Below are positions 8,669 through 18,396 of a DNA stretch of 64,000 bases, piece by piece. The DNA comes from Gemmatimonadota bacterium. GTDB lineage: Bacteria; Gemmatimonadota; Gemmatimonadetes; Palauibacterales; Palauibacteraceae. Under the pieces are notes generated by a model that was given only the letters and a program-made list of their open reading frames with translations, did no database searches and was not told the origin of the DNA. How positions within the stretch are numbered: position 1 is the first letter of the stretch; each line of letters begins with the position of its first letter. The stretch is from assembly GCA_039588275.1 (NCBI GenBank), contig JBDHAC010000010.1:40804-104803 (forward strand), in the 5' to 3' direction. The position numbers and the translations under genes are program-made.

Positions 8669-10126
8669 ATGACCTGGCTCGCCGCGCACTGGCCGTTCCT
8701 TCTCCTTCTCGTCCTGTACAGCACCATGCTGGTGCGGCATGCGCTGGAGGGGCGACGCCGAACGCACGGCCGGGCCGATTACTACGTGGGTGGGCGCTCC
8801 ATGGGAGGGTTGGTGCTCGGGTTGTCGTTCTTCGCGACGTATTCGAGCACCAACAGCTTCGTCGGCTTCTCCGGGCAGTCGTACACCTACGGTGCCCCGT
8901 GGCTGCTGCTCGCACCCGGCATCGTGCTCTTCTCGCTCGCTTCCTGGGTGTGGGTCGCCCCGCGGCTGAGGGCGTTCACGGGCGCCGTCGATTCGGTGAC
9001 GCTCCCCGACTACATCGGCTTTCGCTTCGACAGCGAGGCCGCGAGGGTCCTCGCCGCCCTCATCGTGATCTTCGCCAGCTTCCTGTACATGACCGCCGTG
9101 TTCAAGGGGATAGGGAATCTGCTCGAGATCTTCCTGCATATCCCGTATTCCGCCGCGATCGTCTTCGTCCTCCTGGCCGTCATGGCATACACGGCTGTTG
9201 GCGGATTCATCTCGGTCGTGAAGACCGACGCCGTTCAGGGAGTCCTGATGGTGCTGGCGGCCATTCTTCTGTTCGGAGCCACGGTCCGGGCGGCAGGTGG
9301 CTTGGGGGCCCTCGACCAGGTTCGAGGGGGCATCGATACGGGGCACCTGTTCACATGGGACGCGGCGATGCCCTTCCCCGTCCTCATCGGGATCATCGTG
9401 GCGGGCACCATGAAGACCGTCGTGGAGCCGCGACAGTTGTCTCGCTTTTACGGACTCGCGGACCGTGGAGCCCTCCGACGCGGCATGTGGGCATCGACGC
9501 TGGCCTTCCTCATAGCGTACGTGCTCCTCGTCCCCATCGGGCTCTACGCCCACCTAATCCTCGGGGGAGCCGTCGCGGAATCTGATCTGGTGGTCCCGAC
9601 GCTGCTGGGGCAGGCGGGGATCGTCCCGCCGCTCGTAGGCGCGTTCCTCGTTATCGCGATGCTGGCCGCGGCCATGTCCTCTCTGGACAGCGTGCTCCTG
9701 GTGATGGCCTCCACGTGGGAACGGGACGTGGTCTCGCTGCTGCGTCCCGAAGGGTCCGAGGCGGCTGCCGTGCGGGCGACGCGCTTCTACGTGGCGCTGT
9801 TCGCGCTCGTGACCGCCCTGATCGCCCTGCGTCCTCCGGGCAGCATCGTGACCCTGACCGCGTTCTCGGGAAGTCTGTACGCGGCCTGTTTCTTTCCCGC
9901 CGTGGTGCTGGGGCTGTACTGGCGGAAAGGAAATGGGGCGGCGGTGACCGCATCCTTCGCGGTGGGGATTCTCACCCTCCTGCTGTGGAAGGAGCTACCG
10001 GTCGGCGGCCTGATCCACGAGGTGTTTCCCGCGATCGCCTTTTCGACCCTCGCGTACGTCACGCTCGCGGCGCTGGGACCGCCGTCACCGCTGGCGTCCC
10101 GGGCGGGTCAGGATCCTCGCTCTTAG
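8669..10126 (+). CDS. Sodium:solute symporter (SSS family, PanF/PutP-like)
   Basis: DYYVGGR, ATYSSTNSFVG, YTAVGG..SVVKTD.VQG, AAAMSSLDS; about 13 TM. Confidence 0.9.
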   Translation: MTWLAAHWPFLLLLVLYSTMLVRHALEGRRRTHGRADYYVGGRSMGGLVLGLSFFATYSSTNSFVGFSGQSYTYGAPWLLLAPGIVLFSLASWVWVAPRLRAFTGAVDSVTLPDYIGFRFDSEAARVLAALIVIFASFLYMTAVFKGIGNLLEIFLHIPYSAAIVFVLLAVMAYTAVGGFISVVKTDAVQGVLMVLAAILLFGATVRAAGGLGALDQVRGGIDTGHLFTWDAAMPFPVLIGIIVAGTMKTVVEPRQLSRFYGLADRGALRRGMWASTLAFLIAYVLLVPIGLYAHLILGGAVAESDLVVPTLLGQAGIVPPLVGAFLVIAMLAAAMSSLDSVLLVMASTWERDVVSLLRPEGSEAAAVRATRFYVALFALVTALIALRPPGSIVTLTAFSGSLYAACFFPAVVLGLYWRKGNGAAVTASFAVGILTLLLWKELPVGGLIHEVFPAIAFSTLAYVTLAALGPPSPLASRAGQDPRS

Positions 10127-10326
10127 AGAGCTCGAGGTTCGAGGGTCCGTTCGTGCAGGCCGCTCTGAACGGCCTGATCCACCGACGCGAGACGCGCCGC
10201 CGTCCGGTCACATTGGAGGATGGACGTCCGTCGTCCCGAGCTTCAGCGTCCCAACTCCCGGGCAAGGCCCGAGCGTCCCACCGACGGAAAAGCACGGCAA
10301 CCGTCTCGGTATGATCCGGGGAACCC

Positions 10327-12000
10327 TCAGCCGACGAGCCCCAGCTCGGCCAGGTGCGCGAGCGCCTGCTCGACGGACCATGCTACCGTCTGATGCGTGC
10401 TGACCACGCCGAGCTGCGATCGGGTATCTTCCGAGGGAGCTTCCCAGCGCTCGGCGGCAGCCTCGTAGATCGCCCAATCGGCGTCCGAGGCCCCTCCCCT
10501 GCGCCCCGCGATGTGCGCGTGCACGATTTCGGGCGGCGCGTCGCACAGGAGGAACACCCCCGGCACCCCGTGCTCCGCGGCCAGGTCCAGCAAGGTGCGC
10601 CGTCGCGCGTCCTCGCGGAAGCTCGCGTCCACGATCACGCGCTCTCCGTCGAAAAGCCGCTGCTTCGTTTCCTCGACGAGCGCCGCGTAGGTACGCTCGT
10701 TCCACTCGGGCGTGTAGATCCCCTCCCCGAAATCCGCCGCGCCCGAGGTCGTTGGATCGAGGCCCGCGAGTCCCTTCCGCGTCCTGTCCGATGAGAGCAC
10801 GGTGAGCCCGAGGCGAATAGCCAGCGCGTCGGCGAGCGTCGACTTGCCCGTGCCGGGGAGCCCGCCGACCAGGACCAGACCCGGGCGCCGCTCGGGCGGC
10901 TCGAGCTCGGACAGCGCGAGGAGCCAATGCGCCCGCGCGCTCCGGACCGCGGCCCTGCGCGACTTCTCGGGCACTTCGGGCCCTTCGGCCGCCATCCCCT
11001 CGACCTTCCCACGCACCGCGGCCCGGTACGCCGTGTAGAACCGCAGCAGCCCTTGTCCCTCGACATCTTCTGCGGCGTCGAAGTATGCGTCCGCGAACAC
11101 CTCGGCGAGGTCGCGGCGCCCGCGAAACCCGAGGTCCATGGCCAGAAACGCCATGTCCGCCACCGGGTCCGCGAAACGGAAGCGCTCATTGAACTCGATG
11201 CAGTCGATGATCACCAGGTCCCCGGGGGGTTCCTGTTCCGGGAACAGGTATACGTGCTCCAGGTGGAGATCGCCGTGCGTGTCTCTGGGCACGTCGGACT
11301 CGGCACGTCCCTCGATCAGCGGGCGGAGCCTGCGGAGTTCCCTCTCGAGCGCCTCCGTCATCCGTCCGTGAACGGTGGCACTCAAGGTGGTCCCGATATG
11401 GGCGCGCGATTGGTCGAGGTTCTCGCGGGCGTTGCCGGCCACCGTCTCGAACCGGCCCCAGCGGCTGACCTCGGGACCCGAATGAGCCTCGGCATGAAAC
11501 CGGGCCAGGCGACGGCCCAGCACCGCCACGTGATAGTCGCGCAGGGCACCCTCCAAGACCCACGCCAGCAGCCTCGCGTCGTCGGGCAACCGCCGCATCT
11601 TGACCGCGTACTCGACAGCTTTGCCCTCCTCTGCTTCGCCCTCCTCCGCTTGGCCCTCGACAGCTTCCCGGCCGGCCGCGGGTTCGTCGAACCGCTCACG
11701 CACTCCGAGGCCGTCGGGCGTCTCCACGATCGGGACGACGCCGAGGTACACATCCGGCGCCAGTCGGCGATTGAGCCGCACCTCTTCATGACAGTAGTGG
11801 CGTCGGAGTGCGAGCGTGGTGAAGTCGAGGAACCCGAGCTCGACGGGCTTCTTCACCTTGTACGCGGAGGACCCGGCGAGGAAGACGACCGAGATGTGAG
11901 TCTGGTGCACTTCCACGTCCGAGACCGGGTGCTCATAGGCATCCGGACTGGAGCAGGCTTCGATGATCCGCGTCAGCTCCGACATGACTCGCCCGCGCAT
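10327..12000 (-). CDS. Bifunctional aminoglycoside-phosphotransferase-like kinase / AAA_33 P-loop protein (Rv2004c-like)
   Basis: QTHIS.VFL, YKVKKPV..GFLDF, HGDLHL, IDCIEFNERFR, Walker A GLPGTGKST, VIVDASF, SDAD; alternative start 11985. Confidence 0.9.
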   Translation of the reverse strand: MRGRVMSELTRIIEACSSPDAYEHPVSDVEVHQTHISVVFLAGSSAYKVKKPVELGFLDFTTLALRRHYCHEEVRLNRRLAPDVYLGVVPIVETPDGLGVRERFDEPAAGREAVEGQAEEGEAEEGKAVEYAVKMRRLPDDARLLAWVLEGALRDYHVAVLGRRLARFHAEAHSGPEVSRWGRFETVAGNARENLDQSRAHIGTTLSATVHGRMTEALERELRRLRPLIEGRAESDVPRDTHGDLHLEHVYLFPEQEPPGDLVIIDCIEFNERFRFADPVADMAFLAMDLGFRGRRDLAEVFADAYFDAAEDVEGQGLLRFYTAYRAAVRGKVEGMAAEGPEVPEKSRRAAVRSARAHWLLALSELEPPERRPGLVLVGGLPGTGKSTLADALAIRLGLTVLSSDRTRKGLAGLDPTTSGAADFGEGIYTPEWNERTYAALVEETKQRLFDGERVIVDASFREDARRRTLLDLAAEHGVPGVFLLCDAPPEIVHAHIAGRRGGASDADWAIYEAAAERWEAPSEDTRSQLGVVSTHQTVAWSVEQALAHLAELGLVG

Positions 12001-12009
12001 CGTATGTGA

Positions 12010-12756
12010 TCAAAGATAACGCTGCAGGAGAAGCATCCCGACCAGGCACAGCGACAGGAGTATCCCGACCGGGGCGCGCCTGCCGTGCTCGTACGACTCG
12101 GGGAGCAACTCCAGCAACACCATCAGCACCATCGCACCGGCGGCGAACCCGAGCGCGTACGGTAGCGAAGGTCTGAACGCCTCGACGAACACGAAGGCGG
12201 GCACCGCCATCAGCGGCTGCGGGATCGAGGAGAACACGCTCCAGCCCGCGCATGCCGCGATGCTCCGACCCCGCGGCCGAAGGACCGCGCTGATCGCGAG
12301 CCCCTCCGGGATATTGTGGACCGCGATCGCGATCGTCACGAACGCCGCCAGCGTCAGTCCGCCCGCGAATGCCGCGCCGACGGCCACCCCCTCCGCGAAC
12401 GAGTGCACCGCCATCACGATCACGATCAACAGCATCTTGCGGGCTCCCTCGCCACGCACCGAGCCGAACTCGATGTCGCGCTCGTCGAGCCACCGCCTGG
12501 TGCCGAGGATAAAGAGGACGCCGACGTTGGCACCCACGAACGGCTGCCATGCACCGTACTCCGTTCCCTCGGCGAGCAGGCCGAAGCTGGCCCCCAGCAT
12601 GAGGCCGGACGCGATCGCATTCGCGTACGCCACCGCCCCGGTGGTGACCCGTCGCAGGAAGGCGAACGGGAGCGCTCCGAGACCGGTCGCCAGAGCGGTC
12701 ACCGTGGCCCACAGCAGGACGCGAAGAACCTCCGACGTCTCGGGACCCGCGGTCAT
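12010..12756 (-). CDS. ZIP-family (ZupT/GufA) metal transporter
   Basis: ATGLGALP, ASGLML, HSFAEG, HNIPEG, GFAAGAM, ELLPE. Confidence 0.9.
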   Translation of the reverse strand: MTAGPETSEVLRVLLWATVTALATGLGALPFAFLRRVTTGAVAYANAIASGLMLGASFGLLAEGTEYGAWQPFVGANVGVLFILGTRRWLDERDIEFGSVRGEGARKMLLIVIVMAVHSFAEGVAVGAAFAGGLTLAAFVTIAIAVHNIPEGLAISAVLRPRGRSIAACAGWSVFSSIPQPLMAVPAFVFVEAFRPSLPYALGFAAGAMVLMVLLELLPESYEHGRRAPVGILLSLCLVGMLLLQRYL

Positions 12757-13490
12757 GGCAGCAGGACGCGCAGCAGCGCAACCGCGCTCATGGCTACGGC
12801 GGCCGTGACGCCGATCCCCACCTCGTGCGCCTGCGTGTAGGCTTCGGGGAGGAGCTCGACCACGGTCAGATAGATGATGGCACCAACCGCGAAGCCGAGG
12901 GTGGGAGGAAGGATGACGGGCGCCGCGAGTAGCACCGCGTACGTCGCCACCGCCATGAGCGGTTGGCTCACGTCGGTAAGCACCGAAAGCGCGGCCGCCC
13001 GCCTCAGCGAAACGCCCCGGGGCACGAGTACGGAGCAGAGCGCCGTCGCTTCGGCCACGTTGTGAACCGCGAACGCCAGCGCCATGAAGATGCCGAGGCG
13101 GAGCTCGAGAAACATCGCCACGCCGATCGCGATCCCCTCCGAAGCCGAGTGGAGGCTGTTGACCACCACCACCTTGTAGCCGTACTCGGGGGACATCTCA
13201 TCCGTGAGGTTGAGCTGCAGGTCGGAGGTTCCTCCAAAGGCGTGGGACCCGTACACGAACAGGATGCCGAGCACGGCCCCCGCGGCCCCGGGCGCCGCAG
13301 GGCCCGTCAGCCCTTCGCTCACGAGGATGTACGCCGCCCCCAGCATGAGTCCCGCAGCCAGCGCGTTCGCGAAACCGATCAGCGCCGTGGACGGGCGACG
13401 ACCGAACGCCCACGGGCCCACACCCAAGGCGGCGGCCGCGGCCGCGATCGAGCCGTACAGGAGCGTCGCGAGCGTCCGGTCTACGGGCAT
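12753..13490 (-). CDS. ZIP-family metal transporter, divergent paralogue
   Basis: AAGLML, HSASEG, HNVAEA, GFAVGA, ELLPE; ATGA overlap with the downstream ZIP gene. Confidence 0.85.
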   Translation of the reverse strand: MPVDRTLATLLYGSIAAAAAALGVGPWAFGRRPSTALIGFANALAAGLMLGAAYILVSEGLTGPAAPGAAGAVLGILFVYGSHAFGGTSDLQLNLTDEMSPEYGYKVVVVNSLHSASEGIAIGVAMFLELRLGIFMALAFAVHNVAEATALCSVLVPRGVSLRRAAALSVLTDVSQPLMAVATYAVLLAAPVILPPTLGFAVGAIIYLTVVELLPEAYTQAHEVGIGVTAAVAMSAVALLRVLLP

Positions 13491-13517
13491 GATCCCTCGC
13501 TGGTCCGCTCCACCCGG

Positions 13518-15818
13518 TTAGTGGGGCTCACCGATGACCTCGAGTGCCTTCTCCAATAGCTCGTCTCGACCGTCGATGACTCCCTGCAGCGTTCGACGCA
13601 CCGGCACCGTCGGCTGAATGCCGACGAGGTGGTGCTGGGAACCGTCGTGTTTCACCACCTTCATTCCGGTCCAGGTGACGCGGAACCCGCCGGGCAGCGC
13701 CATCGGATTCGCGTTCCCGTTGGTTCCGGCCGTAGGCTGCCCAACGATCTCCGCCAGGCCATAGCCTTCGATGAAGCCCATAAAGGACTCGGCGTAGCTG
13801 ATGGCTCTTCCATCGGTTATGAAGACGACCTTCCCGCCGATATGTGGCTTTCGCGCGGGAAGTCGCCAACCGTGATTCTGATAGCCGGCGATGTTCGCCC
13901 GGTCGGGGTAAATGATTTGCGGAACCCTCATCCAGGCGCCGGACGTGTCCGGGGACGCCAGCAGGTGACTGATGACCTCGTGGTTGCCGTTCGGGTAGCC
14001 GCGTAGATCGAAGATGACGCCCGGGGCCGAAGCCAGCTCCTGGATCCTCGCGCTGATCTCCGACATTTCCGCTTTGTCCAGGTCCACGTAGAAGACGCCG
14101 TCATCCAGTGCTTCGATGTCGGCGCGCTCGAACTCGGAAAGGGCTGGATCGAGCTGCTGCCTTTCGACCTCTACGTGCAGCTCTTCGCCTGCACGCAGGA
14201 TCGTCAGCCCGACGAGCCCTCCAATCTCCCCCGAGCCCAGGGCTCGCAGGGCCTTGACCCGCTTCCACTGTGGAGATCCGGAGATGTACTCCTCCGCCTC
14301 GGCGAGGGCCCGTGTCGCGTCCACGCCGTCGACTCCAACCACGACATCGCCACGTCGGATCGTTTCGACCAGCGGTTTCGTCACGACAATCTCGTCCTCG
14401 ACCCAGTCCAGAAGCAGAGGCAGCCGACCCTGCTGCGAGTAGTCGGGGTGCGACACGTTCCCGTGCCCGTCCTGGAGGCTCGCCACGAGCCTGCCCAGCG
14501 TCAGGAAGAAGTCCTCACCCCCGCTGTCGTCGAGCGCGTCCTGGAGGGCGCGCGTCAGTTCCGCATCCCAATCCACTCTTACGACATCGAAGTAGGGATA
14601 GAAATGCTGAAAGACGTTCCAGGCGATGACCACGTCGCCCAACCGCACATCCTCCTCGTCTGCGGAAAGCTCTCTCAGGTGGACGGTCTCGAGGCGCGCC
14701 GTGAGTGCCTCGACCGAATACTCGGTGGTCGGTCCCCAGGTTGACGCACTGTCGCCCAGGAGTGCGAGCGGTATCCGGCACGAGAGTCCAGCTCCCAGCT
14801 CTCTCTGTATCACCTCGCCGAGTTCCGGATGTGCCGCAAACAAGGGGAGAGAAACGACCAAGTGTTCGCTGTCGATCAAGAGGGCACGATCACCGCGATA
14901 CCGATCGCTCGACGTCACTTCGTACCGATACCCGGGGCTCGGCGTGAACCACTGCGACGGTGGTTCGCCCTCTTCTCCTTCTTCGAATCCCGGGTTGCCG
15001 ATCTCGATCGATTGCCATTCGCCGGCTTCGTTCCGGGTCAGGAGCTCGAAGTCATCCAGAAACAGCGGACCCCGCCCGACGAGGAACCCCCCGAACGCGA
15101 CGCGCTCGGCGTCGTCTGCGATCGTTCCGTCGATCTCGTAGGCACCCCATTCGCCCGAGGTGATCGGCCGGTCCCGCATGTTATCGAAGAAGCCCCTCTG
15201 GCCTCCGGGCCGATCCACGCGGAGCCAGAGCTGGGCCTGGCCGCCGCTGGCCGGGACGTCGACTCGCGCGAACGCTCTCAGCCGAACCGGCTTGCCCCGA
15301 TGTGGGGCGGCTTGCACGGCTTGGGTTATCGTGCCGAACGCTCTAGGGGTGACCTCGATAGCCCGGTTGAGACGCTTACTCCGGTAGATGGAGCCCTGCC
15401 CGCCCAGGTGTACACCGAGATGTTGCCAGGCCACCAGGTCGAGCCCCGCAGTGTCCCGCGGCATGAGCGTGACCGGGGGCGGCTCGTGTGCGGTGGTGTA
15501 GATTCGAGCCGTCGGTGCGATGGGCCGGAACAGCTCACGTAGCGTACCGAGCAGCTCCTCGCGTGAGTTGGCCCCCTTTACTCGCCCAGCACCGTAGATC
15601 GCGAGCCGATCCCAGTCGATGGCGCTCGCTTCCTCGCTCGGATGGAAGAAGCGTACGTAGCCGTAGAGCTTCGCGAAGGCTCGTAGATTCTCTACCTCCC
15701 GGCCGGCTCGAGGCTCCTGGCCGGCTCGAGGCTCCTGGCCGGCGTAGAACGCCAGCGCGGCGGGGAGCGCGGCGCACAACAGGAGCCGCCTCATCGTTTT
15801 CGGACGATTCCACGACAT
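13518..15818 (-). CDS. S41-family (tail-specific/tricorn-like) peptidase, exported, with inserted beta-sandwich (CBM-like) domain and PDZ-like region
   Basis: FAKLYGYVRFFHP, WNVFQHFYPYF, LQDGH, FDLRGYP, AISYAES (catalytic Ser region), GQPTAGTNG, GIQP. Confidence 0.88.
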   Translation of the reverse strand: MSWNRPKTMRRLLLCAALPAALAFYAGQEPRAGQEPRAGREVENLRAFAKLYGYVRFFHPSEEASAIDWDRLAIYGAGRVKGANSREELLGTLRELFRPIAPTARIYTTAHEPPPVTLMPRDTAGLDLVAWQHLGVHLGGQGSIYRSKRLNRAIEVTPRAFGTITQAVQAAPHRGKPVRLRAFARVDVPASGGQAQLWLRVDRPGGQRGFFDNMRDRPITSGEWGAYEIDGTIADDAERVAFGGFLVGRGPLFLDDFELLTRNEAGEWQSIEIGNPGFEEGEEGEPPSQWFTPSPGYRYEVTSSDRYRGDRALLIDSEHLVVSLPLFAAHPELGEVIQRELGAGLSCRIPLALLGDSASTWGPTTEYSVEALTARLETVHLRELSADEEDVRLGDVVIAWNVFQHFYPYFDVVRVDWDAELTRALQDALDDSGGEDFFLTLGRLVASLQDGHGNVSHPDYSQQGRLPLLLDWVEDEIVVTKPLVETIRRGDVVVGVDGVDATRALAEAEEYISGSPQWKRVKALRALGSGEIGGLVGLTILRAGEELHVEVERQQLDPALSEFERADIEALDDGVFYVDLDKAEMSEISARIQELASAPGVIFDLRGYPNGNHEVISHLLASPDTSGAWMRVPQIIYPDRANIAGYQNHGWRLPARKPHIGGKVVFITDGRAISYAESFMGFIEGYGLAEIVGQPTAGTNGNANPMALPGGFRVTWTGMKVVKHDGSQHHLVGIQPTVPVRRTLQGVIDGRDELLEKALEVIGEPH
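15701..15743. repeat. Perfect 18-bp in-frame tandem duplication (GQEPRA x2) after the S41 signal peptide
   Basis: GGCCGGCTCGAGGCTCCT at 15701 and 15719 plus a partial third copy. Confidence 0.9.
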
Positions 15819-16016
15819 CGGGGCCTCCTCTCGAGGCAGCTAAGGCCACGGTCGCCTGCAGCGTTACGGACCGGACGCGCATCGGCAAGGGGCAGCGGCT
15901 AATTCGGCTCACACGGGGTATTCCCCGCCCGGAGTTCGTATATTCTTCCACGGTCCCACGGGGGCCCTGCCCCGAGTAAACCATCCGAGAGCGTACGCGC
16001 GAATGGATCAGGCAGA

Positions 16017-16817
16017 ATGAGGATCAATCCGAAGCTCTGTGTCGGGTGTGGCAACTGCGTGGCCGTGTGCCCCATGGCGGCCATTTCGATCGACCCCGCC
16101 ACCGAACGGGCGACCGTGGACCACTCCGAATGCGTGGAGTGCTTCGCGTGCTACCGCAACATGAGCACCGAGGGGCTGAATCCCACGCTCGTCCGCGGCG
16201 TGCGCAAGCTTCTCCGTTTCGCGCGTGTCCGCTTCGATCCAGAGCCCGACGTGTGTCCCACCTCCGCCATCGAGCCGGAAGAGCTCACGTGGCCTCGAAC
16301 CGTCCGCCGCGCCTTCAGCGATACGCAGGCGCCACACGAAGAGACCGGCGTGCATGGCCGCGGCACGGAGGAAGTCAAGACGAATGACGTCACGGGCCGG
16401 GTACGGGAGGGCGACGCGGGCTTTGTCGTCGAGTTGGGTCGACCCGCGGTCGGGGTCTGGTTCCGTGACATCGAACGGGTCACGCGCCACCTCGCCGCGA
16501 CCGGCGTGACATTCGAGAGCAACAACCCCGTGACCGGCCTCATGGTGGACACCGCTTCCGGTACCCTGAACCCGGACGTCCTGGGAGAGAAGGCCATGTC
16601 GGCCATCGTCGAGTTCAAGGTCGGATTCGACGAGGTTCCGCGCGTGCTGCGCGCGCTGGAGGAAGTCGCGAAGCGGATCGACACCGTGATGGCGGTCGGG
16701 GCATCGGGGCGGTGTGACGGAAACGGAGACAGTCCTCTCCAGCGTGTGCTGGCGGGCTCCGGGTACATGCCCATCCGCGCGAAGACCAACCTCGGCCTGG
16801 GACATCTGTCAACATGA
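16017..16817 (+). CDS. 2x[4Fe-4S] ferredoxin-domain protein with uncharacterised C-terminal domain
   Basis: CVGCGNCVAVCP and CVECFAC...(insert)...DVCP motifs; C-terminal HGRGTEEVKTNDVTGR, ELGRP, KTNLGLG. Confidence 0.85.
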   Translation: MRINPKLCVGCGNCVAVCPMAAISIDPATERATVDHSECVECFACYRNMSTEGLNPTLVRGVRKLLRFARVRFDPEPDVCPTSAIEPEELTWPRTVRRAFSDTQAPHEETGVHGRGTEEVKTNDVTGRVREGDAGFVVELGRPAVGVWFRDIERVTRHLAATGVTFESNNPVTGLMVDTASGTLNPDVLGEKAMSAIVEFKVGFDEVPRVLRALEEVAKRIDTVMAVGASGRCDGNGDSPLQRVLAGSGYMPIRAKTNLGLGHLST

Positions 16818-17491
16818 CCCACACGCTCCATCGATCCGGATCCGCGGAAGACCAGAGGGACGACTTCCTCGTCCTCGCCATGCCTGCGAGCGGTTTCGAC
16901 TCCGAGCTCGCGGTCGAGAAGCAGAAGGAGTTCCTGCGGCGCGCGCTTCGCCACGGCCCGGTAAACATCGGTGATACCGCTCACCACGGTTGGCACCACG
17001 CCAGAAGGAAGCTGAGACCCACCGTTCACTGGCGGCGCGATTCGACCCCGCGCCCGGAAGAAGTGATCGACGCCGTGGACGCGCCATCACCGGTCACCGC
17101 CGTGTTCGACAACTACGAATCGATGCGCGCATTCGTAGAGGAGTTGCGAGACGCCGACCTCGGGTTGTCCATCAACGTGAGCGCCCTCACGGCCGTGGCG
17201 GAGGAATGCTGCAACTCGGTCGGGATCGCGCGGCACAGCGTGGAATACTCATTGGGGTTCTTCGGTCGAATCGAGTGCCTGCCCGATGCCACGGCGCTAC
17301 GCCTGTGTACGATGTGTGGCCACGGAATGATCAGTCACGCGCTGGCGCAAAAGATGATCTCTCGGGTAAGGAACGGGCGACGGACGCCGGGGGAAGCGAG
17401 TGTCTGCCTGGCTCGCTTCTGTAACTGCGGAGCCTTCAACCCGCGCCGGGCCGCCCGCATCCTCGAAGGAGCATCCGTGGGTGGAGGGTAG
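16814..17491 (+). CDS. Hypothetical Cys-rich protein, partner of the upstream Fe-S protein
   Basis: ATGA overlap; MTHTLHR start; ECC, HSVEYSLG, CTMCGHGM, CNCGAFNP motifs. Confidence 0.8.
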   Translation: MTHTLHRSGSAEDQRDDFLVLAMPASGFDSELAVEKQKEFLRRALRHGPVNIGDTAHHGWHHARRKLRPTVHWRRDSTPRPEEVIDAVDAPSPVTAVFDNYESMRAFVEELRDADLGLSINVSALTAVAEECCNSVGIARHSVEYSLGFFGRIECLPDATALRLCTMCGHGMISHALAQKMISRVRNGRRTPGEASVCLARFCNCGAFNPRRAARILEGASVGGG

Positions 17492-17563
17492 AGCGTGGTC
17501 GTCGACGCGAGAACGAGCCGACGGGGCGGGAAAGAGCGGGCGGATACAACGGAGGAAAGAACA

Positions 17564-18367
17564 TTGAAGCATAGACAAAGTCGACGGTGCGCGGTTCGCG
17601 GCTCGATTCTCGCGGCCACGCTGGCCCCGCTGGCAATTGCGGCGTGCAGCTCGATCACGAGCCGGGATTGCTGTTCGGCCGAGGTGCGCGAGGACTTCCG
17701 ATTCGATCTGGACGCTACGAGCCGGTCACGCTTTCGTGTCAACGCTATTGATGGTCGAGTACTCGTGATCATCTCCTCGGGTGAGGACTTCATCGTTCGA
17801 GGCCAGAAGCGCGTCGGTGGGACCGATCAGGCCGATGCAGAAGCTCACCTCGCCAACCTCACGATCCAGATTACCGAGCAGGCCGAAGAAATCGTTGTGA
17901 CATCGATCCACCCGCGCACGGACGGGCGGCCGTACGTCGTCGACTATACCCTGGAGGTGCCCGCTCGGCTCGTGCCTGAGATCTCGACCGTCAATGGAGA
18001 CGTAACGATCGAGGGTGTGGAAGCCGGTCTAGCCGTGCAGATCATAAACGGCGCGGTCACTCTAAGGGACATCGTGGGCAGTAGTGAGGTGGACGTGATC
18101 AATGGCAGCATTGTCGCGCAGGTCCGTATCCGGGACGACGAGCTGATCCGCCTGGATGGTCTGAATGGAGACGTCTCGCTCTCGATCCCAGCGGACACGA
18201 ACGCTCAGCTCGAGGCGACGGCCGGGAATGGAACGGTGACCGTCACCAATCTCACGCTCACGAACGAGCTCATTACGAGCAACGTGGTGACGGGCACGAT
18301 CGGAACGGGCGCCGGAAGCATCATGTTGAACGCCGACAACGGTAACATCACGCTCACCGGGTTCTAG
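17564..18367 (+). CDS. DUF4097/adhesin-like beta-strand repeat lipoprotein
   Basis: GGAGG RBS before TTG 17564; lipobox IAAC; VDYTLEVP; repeated (T/I)xNGxV units. Confidence 0.8.
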   Translation: MKHRQSRRCAVRGSILAATLAPLAIAACSSITSRDCCSAEVREDFRFDLDATSRSRFRVNAIDGRVLVIISSGEDFIVRGQKRVGGTDQADAEAHLANLTIQITEQAEEIVVTSIHPRTDGRPYVVDYTLEVPARLVPEISTVNGDVTIEGVEAGLAVQIINGAVTLRDIVGSSEVDVINGSIVAQVRIRDDELIRLDGLNGDVSLSIPADTNAQLEATAGNGTVTVTNLTLTNELITSNVVTGTIGTGAGSIMLNADNGNITLTGF

Positions 18368-18396
18368 AGCCGCTCGCCCGCTGGCCGGGTCACCCC

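Noticed and set aside
10127..10326. 200-bp gap between convergent genes with three GCGTCCC-like motifs; possible ncRNA
   Set aside because: No recognisable RNA family or convincing extended structure by eye.
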